Assembly: GCA_963825135.1 (NCBI GenBank)
Contig: CAWGRW010000009.1
Location: forward strand, 2,506,443-2,570,442
Source: an uncultured bacterium
GTDB lineage: Bacteria; Desulfobacterota_D; UBA1144; Nemesobacterales; UBA2774
Length of the DNA: 64,000 nucleotides
Reading direction: 5' to 3'
This document shows positions 11,033-24,031 of the stretch, piece after piece. Within the stretch, counting starts at the first letter, position 1, and each line of letters begins with the position of its first letter. The notes beneath the pieces were generated by a model. The model searched no databases, was not told where the DNA came from, and saw only the letters and a program-made list of their open reading frames with translations. The position numbers and the translations under genes are program-made.

Positions 11033-12760
11033 TTATTTGTGACCTCCCTCTACGATCTTCTTGAGCTCCTCGGGCATCTGGGGAAGCGGGGACGTGCCTA
11101 TTTTCATGGCCCCGTTATCTTTCGAGATTACCGAATTCACATTCCCCCACTTTTCATTATCGTATTTAGGGAAATCCACCCTGCTGTGGGCGCCCCTGCT
11201 CTCTTCCCTCTGGAGAGCGGATTTCGCAATGGCCTCGGAAACGATGAGCATGGATTTCAGGTCTTTGCAGAGGTGCCAGCCGGGATTGAACATTCGCGAG
11301 CCTTCTATCCTCAGCTGAGAGGCCCTGTCTTTGAGCACCTGTATCTCTTCGAGTCCGTCCGCGATTTTCTCTTTCGTGCGGAAGACGCCTATGTAAGTAC
11401 CCATCGCCTCCTGGAGCGCCTGGTGAACCGTATAAGGGTTCTCGCCTTCTGAGTTCTCGAACGGCAGGAGCATCTCCTTCGCGGCCTTTTCGAGGTCTAC
11501 GTCGTCTATTTTGAGGGCGTTGTCCCTGAGCTCGTTCGCGTACTGAGCCGCTCCGAGGCCGGCCCTCCTCCCGAATACCAGGAGGTCTGAAAGGGAGTTG
11601 CCTCCGAGCCTGTTGGCCCCGTGCATGCCTCCCGCCACTTCTCCGGCGGCGAAAAGACCGGGCACGGTGCTCCCCGTGGTGTCGGCATCGACGCGGACCC
11701 CGCCCATCATGTAGTGAGTGGTCGGGAATACCTCCATGGGTTCTTTGGTTATATCAATCTCCGCGAATTCCATGAACTGGTGATACATGCTCGGGAGTTT
11801 CTTCTTAACGTATTCGGCTCCCCGGTGCGAGATATCGAGGTAAGCACCGCCGTGGGGCGTGCCGCGCCCTTCCTGGACCTCGATATAAATGGACCTCGCG
11901 ACTACGTCTCTCGTCGATAGCTCCATCCTCTCGGGATCGTATTTTTCCATGAACCTTTCGCCGTTCCTGTTGGTGAGTAAGCCGCCCTCGCCCCTTACGG
12001 CCTCCGTGACGAGCAGGCCCTTTACGCTCGGGGGCCATACCATCCCGGTCGGGTGGAACTGTACGAATTCCATGTCGATGAGCTCGGCGCCGGCATCATA
12101 GGCGAGCGAGTGTCCGTCGCCCGTGTATTCCCAGGAGTTGGAAGTGACCTTATAAGACTTCCCTATCCCGCCCGTGGCGAGGACCACGGCCTTGGTCTTG
12201 AACAGGACGAACCTGCCGCTCTCCCTCCAGTAGCCGAAGGCCCCGGATATCCTCTCGCCGTCCTTTATCAAGTGAGTAATAGTGCATTCCATGTACACGT
12301 CCATTCCGGAGTGTATGCCCCTGTCCTGGAGCGTGCGTATCATCTCGAGCCCGGTCCTGTCTCCCACGTGGGCGAGACGCTTCCACGTGTGGCCGCCGAA
12401 GGCCCTCTGCATTATCTTACCGTCTTTCGTCCTGTCGAAGAGAGCGCCCCAGTGCTCGAGCTCTCTCACGCGGTCGGGAGCCTCCTCTGCGTGGAGCTGC
12501 GCCATGCGCCAGTTATTCAGCATCTTCCCGCCGTGCATCGTGTCGTGGAAGTGGACCTTCCAGTCGTCCTTCGTGTCCACGTTCGCGAGCGCCGCCGCGA
12601 CACCGCCCTCGGCCATTACCGTGTGGGCTTTGCCGAGGAGAGACTTGCAGACGAGCCCTACCGAGGCCCCCTGCGCGGATGCCTCTATGGCGGCCCTGAG
12701 ACCGGCGCCTCCGGCGCCGATTACTATGACGTCGTGCGTATGTGTTTCGTACTTCTCCAT
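11033..12760 (-). CDS. sdhA: Succinate dehydrogenase/fumarate reductase flavoprotein subunit
   Basis: GAGGAG, AHTVMAEGG (FAD-binding His), QFHPTG, HYMMGG, HGANRLGGNSL and ESRGAH. Confidence 0.95.
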   Translation of the reverse strand: MEKYETHTHDVIVIGAGGAGLRAAIEASAQGASVGLVCKSLLGKAHTVMAEGGVAAALANVDTKDDWKVHFHDTMHGGKMLNNWRMAQLHAEEAPDRVRELEHWGALFDRTKDGKIMQRAFGGHTWKRLAHVGDRTGLEMIRTLQDRGIHSGMDVYMECTITHLIKDGERISGAFGYWRESGRFVLFKTKAVVLATGGIGKSYKVTSNSWEYTGDGHSLAYDAGAELIDMEFVQFHPTGMVWPPSVKGLLVTEAVRGEGGLLTNRNGERFMEKYDPERMELSTRDVVARSIYIEVQEGRGTPHGGAYLDISHRGAEYVKKKLPSMYHQFMEFAEIDITKEPMEVFPTTHYMMGGVRVDADTTGSTVPGLFAAGEVAGGMHGANRLGGNSLSDLLVFGRRAGLGAAQYANELRDNALKIDDVDLEKAAKEMLLPFENSEGENPYTVHQALQEAMGTYIGVFRTKEKIADGLEEIQVLKDRASQLRIEGSRMFNPGWHLCKDLKSMLIVSEAIAKSALQREESRGAHSRVDFPKYDNEKWGNVNSVISKDNGAMKIGTSPLPQMPEELKKIVEGGHK

Positions 12761-13492
12761 TTAGATTAACCTCACGTCTGTGATAACGCCCCTCGCGAGT
12801 AGGAATATGTAGAGGTCCGCGAGCGCGACGCCGAAGAGGCTCACCCAGGCCCACAGCATGTGGTGCTCGTTGAGCGCGCTCGCCTTACCCCATAGCATGA
12901 ACCGTGTAGGGCATTTCGAGAATACATCGAGATTGCCGCCTATAAGGTGGCGGAAAGAATGGCATGACAGTGAATAGAACGTAAGCAAGGCGGCGTTCGC
13001 GAAAAGAACGAGCGTGCCCACGCCTACTCCGAACCCGTCTTCGAATTTAAGGGCCTTGAACGCGTCCACCCAGAGGAAGAAAAGAATCACCGCGGCGGCG
13101 TAGAAGAAATAGCGGTGTATGTTCTGGAGTATGAACGGGAGCTTCGACTCCCCCGTGTATGAGCCTTCCTTCGCGAGAGGGCGCACAGCGCACGCAGGCG
13201 GGGAGAGGAAGAACGACCTGTAATAGGCCTTCCTGTAGTAGTAGCACGTCGCCCTGAACCCGAGGGGGGCCCAGAGAATCAGTAACGCCGGGGAAAACGG
13301 CCACCAGGAGGCGAGTATGTAAGGCGAGTAAAAGGGAGAGATGTAAGGCGCGACGAAATAATCGGCGTTTGAGAACGCGCGCCATGTGGAATAGATACCG
13401 AACGACCCGAGCACTACCGCCGTTACCAGCGGAGCAACCCACCACGTGTCCCGCCTCAATGTCATCGCGCTCTGCGCGGATCCGTTTGCCAT
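12761..13492 (-). CDS. SDH membrane anchor, mycobacterial Sdh1 (Rv0249c)-like
   Basis: About 5 TM segments; FRATCYYYRKAYYRSF, HRYFFY and SCHSFRH motifs; first gene before sdhA-sdhB. Confidence 0.8.
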   Translation of the reverse strand: MANGSAQSAMTLRRDTWWVAPLVTAVVLGSFGIYSTWRAFSNADYFVAPYISPFYSPYILASWWPFSPALLILWAPLGFRATCYYYRKAYYRSFFLSPPACAVRPLAKEGSYTGESKLPFILQNIHRYFFYAAAVILFFLWVDAFKALKFEDGFGVGVGTLVLFANAALLTFYSLSCHSFRHLIGGNLDVFSKCPTRFMLWGKASALNEHHMLWAWVSLFGVALADLYIFLLARGVITDVRLI

Positions 13493-13639
13493 CTCGGCAC
13501 CTCCGTAAGTAATCTCAGTAGATGTATTTTGGTGTCACGGGCTTATTTTTTTAACGACTCGGGAAATCGGCCTGTAATATTATATAAACGCTAAGTTCTA
13601 GTCAAGCTGCCCGATACGCCGAGAGGGCCGTGATTCCTC

Positions 13640-14618
<979 letters not shown>

Positions 14619-14675
14619 TTATCGTTATTTATTTCCTGTTGTTATCTGCCGGATATTTACGATCGTTGCATGGAT

Positions 14676-15929
14676 CTAAACCAGCACCCTGTCCATGTTG
14701 GCTGCAATCGCCTCGCCGAACTCCGAGCACTTGAGGAGCTTCGCATTCTCCAGCTGACGCTCGAGGTCGTACGTGACCGTCTTGTCGAGTATCGTAAGCT
14801 CCATCGCCTTTACTATGAGGTCGGCGGCTTCGTTCCAGCCCAGGTATTCGAACATCATGACGCCCGACAGTATCAACGAGCCCGGGTTCACCCTGTCCTG
14901 CCCCGCGTACTTGGGGGCCGTCCCGTGGGTGGCTTCGAAGAGCGCGAGGTAATCGCCGATGTTTCCCCCAGGGGCCATTCCGAGCCCGCCCACCTGCGCC
15001 GCGCACGCGTCGGACAGGTAATCGCCGTTTAAGTTCGCTGTAGCTATGACGTTGTATTCCCTCGTCCTCGTGAGTATCTGCTGCAGCATGTTGTCGGCTA
15101 TCCTGTCGTTTATTACAACCATCCCCTCGGGTCTCTTTCCGCCGTGTTTATCCCAGAGGTCCTCTTCCGTTATCACCTGGTTAGGGAATTCTTCCCTCGC
15201 GAGCTCGTAGCCCCAGTCCCTGAAAGCGCCCTCGGTGAACTTCATGATGTTCCCCTTGTGCACGATTGTGACGCTCTCCTCCCCCTTTTCGATCGCGTGT
15301 TTTAGCGCCTTGCGGACGAGCCTCTTCGTTCCGAACGGGCTAATGGGCTTTATGCCGATGCCGGAGCCTTCCCTGATGTTAACGCCGTATTTATCGACGA
15401 GGTAGTTTCTTATATCTATCGCTTCCTTCGAGCCGCTCTGCCATTCTATGCCCGAATAAACGTCCTCCGTGTTCTCCCTGAATATGATCATGTCCATATC
15501 CTCGGGCCTCTTTATCGGGGACGGAGTGCCTTTTATATACCGCACGGGGCGGACGCACGCGTAGAGGTCCAGCATCTGCCTGAGTGCGACGTTAAGGCTC
15601 CTGATCCCTCCGCCTATGGGAGTGGTGAGGGGCCCTTTAATCGATACTACATATTCCCTCAAGTCCTCGAGTGTCTCTTCGGGCAGCCATTCGCCTTTTT
15701 GCTCGAACGCCTTCTCTCCCGTCAGCACCTCGCGCCACGCTATCTTTCTTTTGCCTTTGTAGGCCTTTTCCACGGCGGCGTCGAACACGATCTTGGACGC
15801 TCTCCAGATGTCGGGACCCGTGCCGTCCCCTTCGATGAATGGTATTATCGGATGGTCCGGGACTATGATGGCTTCGTTCTTTTTGTCGATTCGAATTTTT
15901 TGTCCCACACTCGGTTTTGAGGATGACAT
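14676..15929 (-). CDS. icd: Isocitrate dehydrogenase (dimeric type)
   Basis: [33 protein letters not shown] and HGTAPKYAG. Confidence 0.95.
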   Translation of the reverse strand: MSSSKPSVGQKIRIDKKNEAIIVPDHPIIPFIEGDGTGPDIWRASKIVFDAAVEKAYKGKRKIAWREVLTGEKAFEQKGEWLPEETLEDLREYVVSIKGPLTTPIGGGIRSLNVALRQMLDLYACVRPVRYIKGTPSPIKRPEDMDMIIFRENTEDVYSGIEWQSGSKEAIDIRNYLVDKYGVNIREGSGIGIKPISPFGTKRLVRKALKHAIEKGEESVTIVHKGNIMKFTEGAFRDWGYELAREEFPNQVITEEDLWDKHGGKRPEGMVVINDRIADNMLQQILTRTREYNVIATANLNGDYLSDACAAQVGGLGMAPGGNIGDYLALFEATHGTAPKYAGQDRVNPGSLILSGVMMFEYLGWNEAADLIVKAMELTILDKTVTYDLERQLENAKLLKCSEFGEAIAANMDRVLV

Positions 15930-16101
15930 CGTTAAAACTCCTGTTGAAAAATTTGGACTGAAATATAAATAATAAACGCCTGAAATTCAAATAATTTAAG
16001 AGCGAATCCTATTCAGGGCATAGTCTGCCCGTACCCGGCCGCCCTGCGTAAAGACAATTGACATGGATGGTATAAATACCGCCTTGACTGAGAGGGGTGA
16101 A

Positions 16102-18799
16102 TTATTGCTTCATCATCTGTCTCAGCACCGTTTGCAGTATCCCTCCGTTTCTATAATATTCGACCTCGATCGGACTGTCCAGACGGCATATTGCGTTAAA
16201 CGTAAAGTTATCCCCTGTCTTTCCTGGTAACGCTGACCGGTATGTCCTTGCCCGGTCTCAAATCCTCCGTGACGCCATTTATGTCGTAAGTCTCGTAACC
16301 GGTGAGCCCGTACGTGCGGGCGGTTTCCCCGTCCTTGAATTGCAGCGGGAGGACGCCCATCCCCACGAGGTTGCTCCTGTGTATCCTTTCGAAGCTTTCC
16401 GCGATTACCGCCCTGACGCCCAGGAGTACGGTGCCCTTGGCGGCCCAGTCGCGCGAGCTGCCCGTGCCGTATTCCTTGCCGCCGATTATGATGAGCTGTG
16501 TCCCTTCCGCCTGATATTTCATCGACGCGTCGAATATGCTCATCTGTTCGCCGCTCGGTATGTGTTTCGTGACGCCGCCCTCTATCCCCGGCAGCATGAG
16601 GTTTTTTATTCTTATATTGGCGAAAGTCCCCCGTATCATGACCTCGTGGTTTCCCCTTCGGGACCCGAAGCTGTTGAAGTCCCCGGGCTTGACGCCGCGG
16701 GCGATGAGGTATTTCCCTGCTGGGCCGTCTTTCGGTATGGAGCCCGCGGGGGAAATGTGGTCGGTCGTTATGGAGTCCCCGAGGAGCGCGAGCGCTCGTG
16801 CTCCGCTGACGTCTTTCGTCCCGGGCACGTCGAGAGAGAACTCCTCGAAGAACGACGGGTTCTGGATGTACGTGGAGCCCTTGTCCCACTTGTAGAGGTT
16901 CCCCTCCGGAACCGTGAGGTTCTTCCAGGTCTCGTCCCCTTCGAAGACGTGTTTATACTGCGCCCTGAACATCTCCGGATTCAGCACCCTGTTCACCGTA
17001 TCGCTTATTTCTTTCTGAGTCGGCCAGATGTCCTTCAAATATACGGGCTTTCCGTCGGACCCCGTGCCGAGCGGTTCTTTGTATACGTCTATGTCCACCG
17101 TGCCCGCGAGCGCGAAGGCCACAACGAGCGGGGGAGAGGCGAGGTAGGAAAATTTAACGAAGGGATGGATGCGTCCCTCGAAGTTCCTGTTCCCGCTCAG
17201 CACGGCAGCGCAGGTGAGGTCGTTCGCCTTTATGGCCTCCTCGACCGGGGCCGGCAGCGGGCCGCTGTTCCCTATGCAGGTCGTGCAGCCGTATCCGACG
17301 AGATCGAAGCCGAGCTTGTCCAGATATTCCGTCAGTCCCGCGGCATCGAGGTAGTCGGTCACGACCCTCGAGCCCGGGGCGAGGCTCGTCTTGACGGAGG
17401 ACTTTACGGTCAGTCCCTTTTCTACAGCTTTCTTGGCGACAAGCCCCGAGGCCACCATGACGGACGGGTTCGAGGTGTTCGTGCAGCTCGTTATCGCCGC
17501 AATCGCAACGGAGCCGTTGCCGATAACTTCCTTTTTGCCGTCGAGTTCAATCTCTACTTTTTTATTGAGGTCTTTCCCCTCGCCCCCGGCCTTGGTCTTG
17601 AGGACGGTCTCATATGATTTCTTGAGTGATTTAAGGGAGACCCGGTCCTGAGGGCGGCTCGGTCCGGCAAGCGACGGCTCTACCTTCGAGATGTCGAGCC
17701 CTAGCGTGTCCGTATATAACGGGTCCGGGGTGTCGTCCGTCCTGAATAGTCCCTGCTCTTTCGCGTACGTCTCCACGAGCTCGACGAGCTTCCTGTCCCT
17801 TCCGGTTATCCTGAGATAAATGAGTGTTTCCTCGTCTACCGGGAAAAAACCCATCGTCGCGCCGTATTCGGGCGCCATGTTCGCGATAGTGGCCTTGTCC
17901 GAGAGCGCGAGCTGGCTCAGGCCCGGCCCGTAGAACTCGACGAACTTTCCGACGACGCCCTTTTTCCTGAGCATCTCGGTCACCGTGAGCACAAGGTCGG
18001 TCGCCGTAACGCCCTCCGAGAGCTGTCCGTAGAGCTTAAAGCCTATAACGTCCGGCATGAGCATGTAGAGGGGCTGCCCCAGCATGCACGCCTCGGCCTC
18101 TATGCCCCCGACGCCCCATCCGAGAACGCTGAGACCGTTAATCATGGTCGTGTGCGAGTCCGTGCCCACGAGTGTGTCGGGATAGGCTATGGTCTTGCCG
18201 TTTATCACGGCCGAGGAGACGACGCTTGCAAGGCACTCGAGGTTCACCTGATGCACTATGCCGGTACCCGGGGGGACGACCCTGAAATTATCGAAGGCCT
18301 TCTGCGCCCATCTCAGGAATGCATACCTTTCGCCGTTTCTCTCGTATTCGCGCTCGACGTTAAGAGTGAACGCCTTATCGTTTGCGAAATAATCGACCTG
18401 CACGGAGTGGTCGATGACGAGGTCGACGGGGACTATAGGATTGATCTTCTCGGGGTTCCCCCCGAGCCTGTTTACGACTGTCCTCATGGCCGCCAGGTCG
18501 ACGACGCAGGGCACTCCGGTGAAGTCCTGGAGTATTACGCGGGCGGGACAGTAGGGTATTTCTTCGGCGTTCTCGTTCTCGGGACTCCATCCGGCGAGAG
18601 CGCTCACGTGATTGTCGTTTATTACGGACCCGTCATAATTCCTTATTACGTTCTCGAGCAGTATTTTTATCGAAACCGGGAGGCGGGAAATATTCTTCCC
18701 GAGGGATTTTTCTATGGACTTCAATGAATAATAATTTACCTCTCCCGAACTCGTTTTAAGCGTAGCAAGGGCATTCAGTTTATTGTTGATTTCACTCAT
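16102..18799 (-). CDS. acnA: Aconitate hydratase A with one frameshift near 16216
   Basis: [32 protein letters not shown] and [10 protein letters not shown]. Removing one base after RKD gives the normal tail [23 protein letters not shown], with TAA at 16102-16104. Confidence 0.93.
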
Positions 18800-19026
18800 T
18801 CTATTCTCCTTAGCTTGCTGGTTAAGCGGAAGGTTTACCATAACATTCTACAGTTGAATCGGGACAAATCAAGCGTACCGGGACGTCGAATCGGGGTGAA
18901 TTTATATGACTCGAATGAATCCCAGGGGGGCGGTTATATATCGCAATTCCGTGGGGCCCTCGCCCGGTCAGACGGTGCGCGGGAATTATAACGATCCGGG
19001 GCCGGGAGCCGCCGCCTCTGCCCGAG

Positions 19027-20259
19027 TCAATCGACCTTTCTGAATATCAGGGAGGCGTTCGTGCCGCCGAAGCCGAACGAATTGCTGAGGGCGGTCTTGA
19101 TGACGGCCTTCCTTGCCGTGTTCGGTACGTAGTCGAGGTCGCATTCCGGGTCCGGAAACTCGTAGTTAATAGTCGGCGGGAGGGTGCCGTGTTCGAGCGC
19201 GAGCACGGTGAACGCCGCCTCGACCGCTCCCGCGGCGCCGAGGAGGTGACCGGTCATGGACTTCGTGGAGCTCACCGGAATCTTGTAGGCCCTGTCTCCG
19301 AAGACTTTTTTGATCGCGTTCGTTTCGTTAGAGTCGTTCAGCTGGGTCGATGTCCCGTGGGCGTTGATGTACTCAATTTCTTCAGGGTTTATTCCCCCGT
19401 CCTTCATGGCCGCGAGCATGCACCGCTCGGGCCCGTCGAGAGACGGCGCCGTTATGTGGCTCGCGTCGCTGCTCATACCGTACCCTACTATCTCCGCGTA
19501 TATCCTGGCCCCCCTCTTCTTCGCGAGCTCCATCTCTTCGAGTATGAGCATCCCCGAGCCTTCGCCGATGATGAAACCGTCCCTTTCCTTGTCGAACGGC
19601 CGTGAGGCGCGCTCGGGCTCGTCGTTCCGCGTGGAGAGCGCCCGCATGGCGTTAAACCCGCCGAACGTGAGCGGGATGATGGGGGCCTCCGTACCGCCCG
19701 CGAACATAACGTCGGCCTCGCCGTTCCTTATCGCCATTGCGGCGTAGCCGATAGCATGGGCGCTCGCGGCGCACGCCGTGGTCGTGCAGCAGTTGGGGCC
19801 CTTGGCGTTAAAGAATATCGATACGTATCCGGCGGCCATGTTGTTGATAATATTTGTAATGAAGAACGGGGATAGACGTCCGGGGCCTTTTTCATCCAGT
19901 ATGTGCACCGTATTGACGTATGTCTCCATACCGCCGATGCCGGAGCCGATGATGGTCCCCGTGAGCGGGGAGAGCTCTTCCGTTATCTCGAGCCCCGAAT
20001 CCTCGAGCGCGAGCTTCGCGGAGGCGACGGCGTATTGTATAAACGCGTCCGTCTTCCTCGCCTCCTTCGGGTTCATGAAAAGCTCCGGGTCGAAGCCGTG
20101 GATCTCGGCGGCTATCTGTGTCTTGTGTTCGGTCGGATCGAACTTCGTGACCCTCCGCACGCCCGAACGCCCGGCGCAAACCGCGTCCCAGGTCTCCTTG
20201 TTCCCGATACCGAGAGGCGTAACGAGCCCTACTCCGGTAACCGCTACCCTTCTTTTCAT
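19027..20259 (-). CDS. fabF: 3-oxoacyl-ACP synthase II
   Basis: TACAAS, NAHGTST, SMTGHLLGA and NSFGFGG. Confidence 0.96.
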   Translation of the reverse strand: MKRRVAVTGVGLVTPLGIGNKETWDAVCAGRSGVRRVTKFDPTEHKTQIAAEIHGFDPELFMNPKEARKTDAFIQYAVASAKLALEDSGLEITEELSPLTGTIIGSGIGGMETYVNTVHILDEKGPGRLSPFFITNIINNMAAGYVSIFFNAKGPNCCTTTACAASAHAIGYAAMAIRNGEADVMFAGGTEAPIIPLTFGGFNAMRALSTRNDEPERASRPFDKERDGFIIGEGSGMLILEEMELAKKRGARIYAEIVGYGMSSDASHITAPSLDGPERCMLAAMKDGGINPEEIEYINAHGTSTQLNDSNETNAIKKVFGDRAYKIPVSSTKSMTGHLLGAAGAVEAAFTVLALEHGTLPPTINYEFPDPECDLDYVPNTARKAVIKTALSNSFGFGGTNASLIFRKVD

Positions 20260-20504
20260 TACTTTTTGCGCTCCAATATGAAGTTGACCGCGTCCTGAAC
20301 CGTTATGATGGACTCCGCGTCCTCGTCGGATATCTCAAGACCGAACTCATCCTCCATCGACATGATTAGCTCTACCAGATCGAGGGAATCGGCTCCGAGG
20401 TCTTCGATGAACGAAGATTCCGGAGAAATCTCTTCCTCAGTTTTACCCAACTGACTCGCCACCATCTCTTTGACTTTTACGAGTATTTCCTTGTCCTGAG
20501 CCAT
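20259..20504 (-). CDS. acpP: Acyl carrier protein
   Basis: [11 protein letters not shown]; AGGAGG before the ATG at 20504. Confidence 0.96.
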   Translation of the reverse strand: MAQDKEILVKVKEMVASQLGKTEEEISPESSFIEDLGADSLDLVELIMSMEDEFGLEISDEDAESIITVQDAVNFILERKK

Positions 20505-20526
20505 ATCAAACACCTCCTGTTTTATA

Positions 20527-21273
20527 TTAAGTGTATATTCCGCCGTTAACCCGTATCACCTCGCCCGTGATGTACGAGGCATCTTCCGAAGTCAGGAATG
20601 CGACCACGCCGGCGATGTCCTCGGGCGAGCCGTACCTGCCCATGGGTATCCTTTCTATGTACTGTTTCTTTATATCTTCCGGGAGACTGTTGTTGATATC
20701 CGTCTCTATAAAGCCGGGGCTAATCGCGTTTACGGTTATGGACCGGGGCGCCATTTCCCTGGCCGCTGCCTTCGTGAAGCCGATGATGCCCGCTTTGGAC
20801 GCGGCGTAGTTCGTCTGACCGGCATTCCCCATCTCCCCCACGACCGACGTCAGATTTATGATCCTTCCCCACCTCTGCTTCATCATCGTGCGCGTTACGG
20901 CTTTCGTACAGTTAAAGACCCCGTTGAGGTTGGTGGAAATCACCCTGTCCCAATCCTCTTTGTTCATCCTTACCAAAAGCGTGTCATGAACTATCCCGGC
21001 GTTATTTATGAGGATGTGTATCCCCCCGTGCTCAACTATGATCTCCTCGATCATCTTCTGCGTCGTTTCGTAATCGGAGACGTCGAATTTAGAGACTGCG
21101 CCCTTCCCTCCCGCTTTTTCTATCTCCGTGATGACGTCCCGGGCCGCCGATTCGTTCCTGGCATAATTGACCACTACGAATGCGCCCCCGGCCGCGAGCC
21201 TGAGCGCAACAGCCTTTCCGATCCCTCTCGATCCCCCGGTTACGAGCGCTATCTTTTTTTCAGTTTCAGCCAT
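20527..21273 (-). CDS. fabG: 3-oxoacyl-ACP reductase
   Basis: [12 protein letters not shown] and YAASK; position in the fab operon. Confidence 0.95.
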   Translation of the reverse strand: MAETEKKIALVTGGSRGIGKAVALRLAAGGAFVVVNYARNESAARDVITEIEKAGGKGAVSKFDVSDYETTQKMIEEIIVEHGGIHILINNAGIVHDTLLVRMNKEDWDRVISTNLNGVFNCTKAVTRTMMKQRWGRIINLTSVVGEMGNAGQTNYAASKAGIIGFTKAAAREMAPRSITVNAISPGFIETDINNSLPEDIKKQYIERIPMGRYGSPEDIAGVVAFLTSEDASYITGEVIRVNGGIYT

Positions 21274-22192
21274 TTTTGAGTGACTCCAGTTGTGACCTGT
21301 TTTCGAGATTGCATACCGCCGCGTCGGGAAGCGTCCTTTTTATCAGGCCCGCGAGCACGTTCTTTGGGCCTATTTCAACGAACTTGCCGACCCCCTCTCT
21401 CCCGAGGGTCTCCACGGATTCGTACCACCTCACGGGGCTAGTGACCTGCCTGACCAGGAGGTCCCTGGTCCTGGCAGAATCGCTGTTTACGGCGGCGTCG
21501 CAGTTAGTCACTATCGGCGCGTTCATTTCCGTAAATTCGATTGTATCCAAGACCTCCGCCAGCCTCTCGGCGGCGGGCTTCATGAGTATGCAGTGGAAGG
21601 GGGCGCTCACGTCGAGCGGCACGACCCTTTTCGCGCCTTTAATTTTAGCTTCCTCGGATGCCTTCATTACGGCTTCCCTGCTCCCCGAGATTACTGTCTG
21701 ACCGGGGGCGTTGAGGTTCGCCGGGCTCGCGACCCCGGAACCGACGGACACCGCTTCGCATATCTCCCGGATGGCTCCGATTTCAAGCCCGAGGATCGCC
21801 GTCATAGCCCCTTCTCCGACGGGCACCGCTTCCTGCATAAACTCACCCCTTTTTCTTACCACAAAAACGGCGTCTTTGAAAGCCATCGACCCGTTCGCGA
21901 CAAGCGCCGAATACTCCCCGAGGCTGTGACCGGCGACGAAGTCGGGTTTGATGCCCGCTTCGCCGTCGAGGACCCTGAGGGCCGCCGTAGAAGCGGTAAG
22001 TATAGCAGGCTGGGCGTTTGCGGTCAGTGAAAGCTCGCCGGGGTCGCCTTCGAAACAAAGCCGCGCCATATCGAAGCCGAGAACGTCGCTCGCCTCTTCG
22101 AAGGTCCTCTTCGCGGAGGCGAACTCTTCGTAAAGCTCCTTGCACATTCCCGTATACTGGGAGCCCTGGCCGGGGAACACGAAAGCAATCAT
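21266..22192 (-). CDS. fabD: Malonyl-CoA:ACP transacylase
   Basis: FPGQGSQ, GHSLGE and SAPFH. Confidence 0.96.
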   Translation of the reverse strand: MIAFVFPGQGSQYTGMCKELYEEFASAKRTFEEASDVLGFDMARLCFEGDPGELSLTANAQPAILTASTAALRVLDGEAGIKPDFVAGHSLGEYSALVANGSMAFKDAVFVVRKRGEFMQEAVPVGEGAMTAILGLEIGAIREICEAVSVGSGVASPANLNAPGQTVISGSREAVMKASEEAKIKGAKRVVPLDVSAPFHCILMKPAAERLAEVLDTIEFTEMNAPIVTNCDAAVNSDSARTRDLLVRQVTSPVRWYESVETLGREGVGKFVEIGPKNVLAGLIKRTLPDAAVCNLENRSQLESLKNG

Positions 22193-22223
22193 CGGATTAT
22201 TTCCTTAATTGACGGAGAAAACC

Positions 22224-22415
22224 TTATGAAAGCTCTTGCTGTTTTTCTTTTATGTATGTCTTGCCCTTGTGAAACCCGCAGCTGGGGCACGCCCTGTGCT
22301 GCGGTCTGTGCTCGCCGCAGTTCTTGCAAACGGAAAGACCGGGCACCGCAACTTTATAGTGGGTCCTGTTTTTCCTGGACCTGGACCTGGAATGTTTTCT
22401 TTTCGGAAGTCCCAT
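22224..22415 (-). CDS. rpmF: 50S ribosomal protein L32
   Basis: PKRKHS, CKNC and HRACPSCG. Confidence 0.93.
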   Translation of the reverse strand: MGLPKRKHSRSRSRKNRTHYKVAVPGLSVCKNCGEHRPQHRACPSCGFHKGKTYIKEKQQELS

Positions 22416-22445
22416 TTTTCATTCTCCCTGTGTCTTCTTCGTAAT

Positions 22446-22958
22446 TTATAGTTTCAGTTTCTTGAGCACGGCGAACCTGGGGTCTTCCCATTGCTTCTCG
22501 CAGTCGCAAGATTCTCTGTTCAAATTGGCCCCGCATTTCGGGCACAGACCCCTGCAGTCCTCGCCGCAGACGACCTTTACCGGCAGCGAAACGGCAATGA
22601 GCCCTCTTAAGTAATCATCGAGGTCGACCTCGTCCCCCCTGTAGGTCTCGTGATCGATGTCACCGACGTCTTTGACCTTGTCGGCCGGTGAAAGCATGAG
22701 CCTTATCTCGGGCTTTATATCGAGCCTTACCGTATCAAGGCATCTGGAGCACGGGGCCTCTATGGAAAAAGAGAGATTCCCCAGCACCGTGACTTCCCTG
22801 AGCGCCTTGGTCAGCACCAGGTCCACATCTATATCGGATGCGAGCCTGGTGTTCTCCTCGCCCGACTGCAGCTCCGGAATATTATCGAGCCACCCGGGAC
22901 TCATGCGCGTATGAATGTGGAGCCCCTCGTCCCTGATATCCGATACGCTGATTTTCAT
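22446..22958 (-). CDS. yceD: YceD/DUF177 family protein
   Basis: CSRCL, CRGLCPKCGANLN and DPRFAVL; directly upstream of rpmF. Confidence 0.88.
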   Translation of the reverse strand: MKISVSDIRDEGLHIHTRMSPGWLDNIPELQSGEENTRLASDIDVDLVLTKALREVTVLGNLSFSIEAPCSRCLDTVRLDIKPEIRLMLSPADKVKDVGDIDHETYRGDEVDLDDYLRGLIAVSLPVKVVCGEDCRGLCPKCGANLNRESCDCEKQWEDPRFAVLKKLKL

Positions 22959-23055
22959 TGCCCCGACCCTTGTCAAATAACTATTTAAAATTAACGGGTC
23001 TAAATAATAATACAAGATGAGAGGTTTGCAAGTAAAACTTGAAAGCCGGGGGATG

Positions 23056-24024
23056 TCAGGCGAGATGGCAGGAGACCAGGTGTCCCCCTCCCGCGTCCCT
23101 GAGCTCGGGAGTGACGGAGCCGCACTTTTCGACCGCTATGGGGCAGCGGGGATGGAAGCTGCAGCCGGAGGGAGGGTTTATGGGGCTCGGCACATCCCCC
23201 TTGAGCACTGTCATTTTTCTCTTCTTTTCCGGGTCAGCTACCGGGACGGAGGATATAAGTATGCGGGTATAGGGGTGCAGCGGGTTCTTGTAGAGCTCTC
23301 CGCTCGGGGCGAACTCCACTATCTTCCCCAGGTACATGACCGCCACCCTGTCGCTTATGTGACGCACCACCCGGAGGTCGTGGGATATAAAGAGGTAGGT
23401 GAGCCTGAATCTTTCCTGAAGCTCTATGAAAAGGTTGATAATCTGGGCCTGTACGGAGACGTCGAGCGCCGATATGGGCTCGTCGCAGACGACGAACTCG
23501 GGGTTGAGCGCGAGCGCCCTCGCGATGGCTATCCTCTGCCTCTGCCCCCCGCTGAATTCGTGGGGGTAGCGCGACAGGACGTCTTCCCGGAGCCCGACCG
23601 TCCGCAGGAGCTCGCGGACAATGCCCCTTCTTTCGCCGGGCGAGGAGATGCCGTGTATTACGAGCCCTTCCGCTACTATGCTCTCGACCTTCATCCTGGG
23701 GTTAAGCGAGCCGTAAGGGTCCTGGAAGACTATCTGCATCTTTTTTCTGTAAGCGCGCATACCGGAGGGGGCGAGCTTGGTTATATTGTTCCCTTCAAAG
23801 AATATTTTGCCGTCCGTGGGCTCAAGGAGCTTGATTATCGTCTTTCCGAGCGTGGTCTTGCCGCATCCGCTCTCCCCGACGAGTCCGACCGTCTCGCCTT
23901 CGGATATCGTCATGTCCACGCCGTCGACGGCCTTGACGAAGTTGGTAACCCTCGAGAGGACCCCTGACTTCACGGGGAAGTATTTTTTTATTCCTTCCAG
24001 TTTAAGAATCTCTTTTAGCGGCAT
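23056..24024 (-). CDS. Peptide ABC transporter ATP-binding protein (OppF/DppF-like)
   Basis: [20 protein letters not shown] and C-terminal GCSFHPRC. Confidence 0.93.
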   Translation of the reverse strand: MPLKEILKLEGIKKYFPVKSGVLSRVTNFVKAVDGVDMTISEGETVGLVGESGCGKTTLGKTIIKLLEPTDGKIFFEGNNITKLAPSGMRAYRKKMQIVFQDPYGSLNPRMKVESIVAEGLVIHGISSPGERRGIVRELLRTVGLREDVLSRYPHEFSGGQRQRIAIARALALNPEFVVCDEPISALDVSVQAQIINLFIELQERFRLTYLFISHDLRVVRHISDRVAVMYLGKIVEFAPSGELYKNPLHPYTRILISSVPVADPEKKRKMTVLKGDVPSPINPPSGCSFHPRCPIAVEKCGSVTPELRDAGGGHLVSCHLA

Positions 24025-24031
24025 ATCGCAC

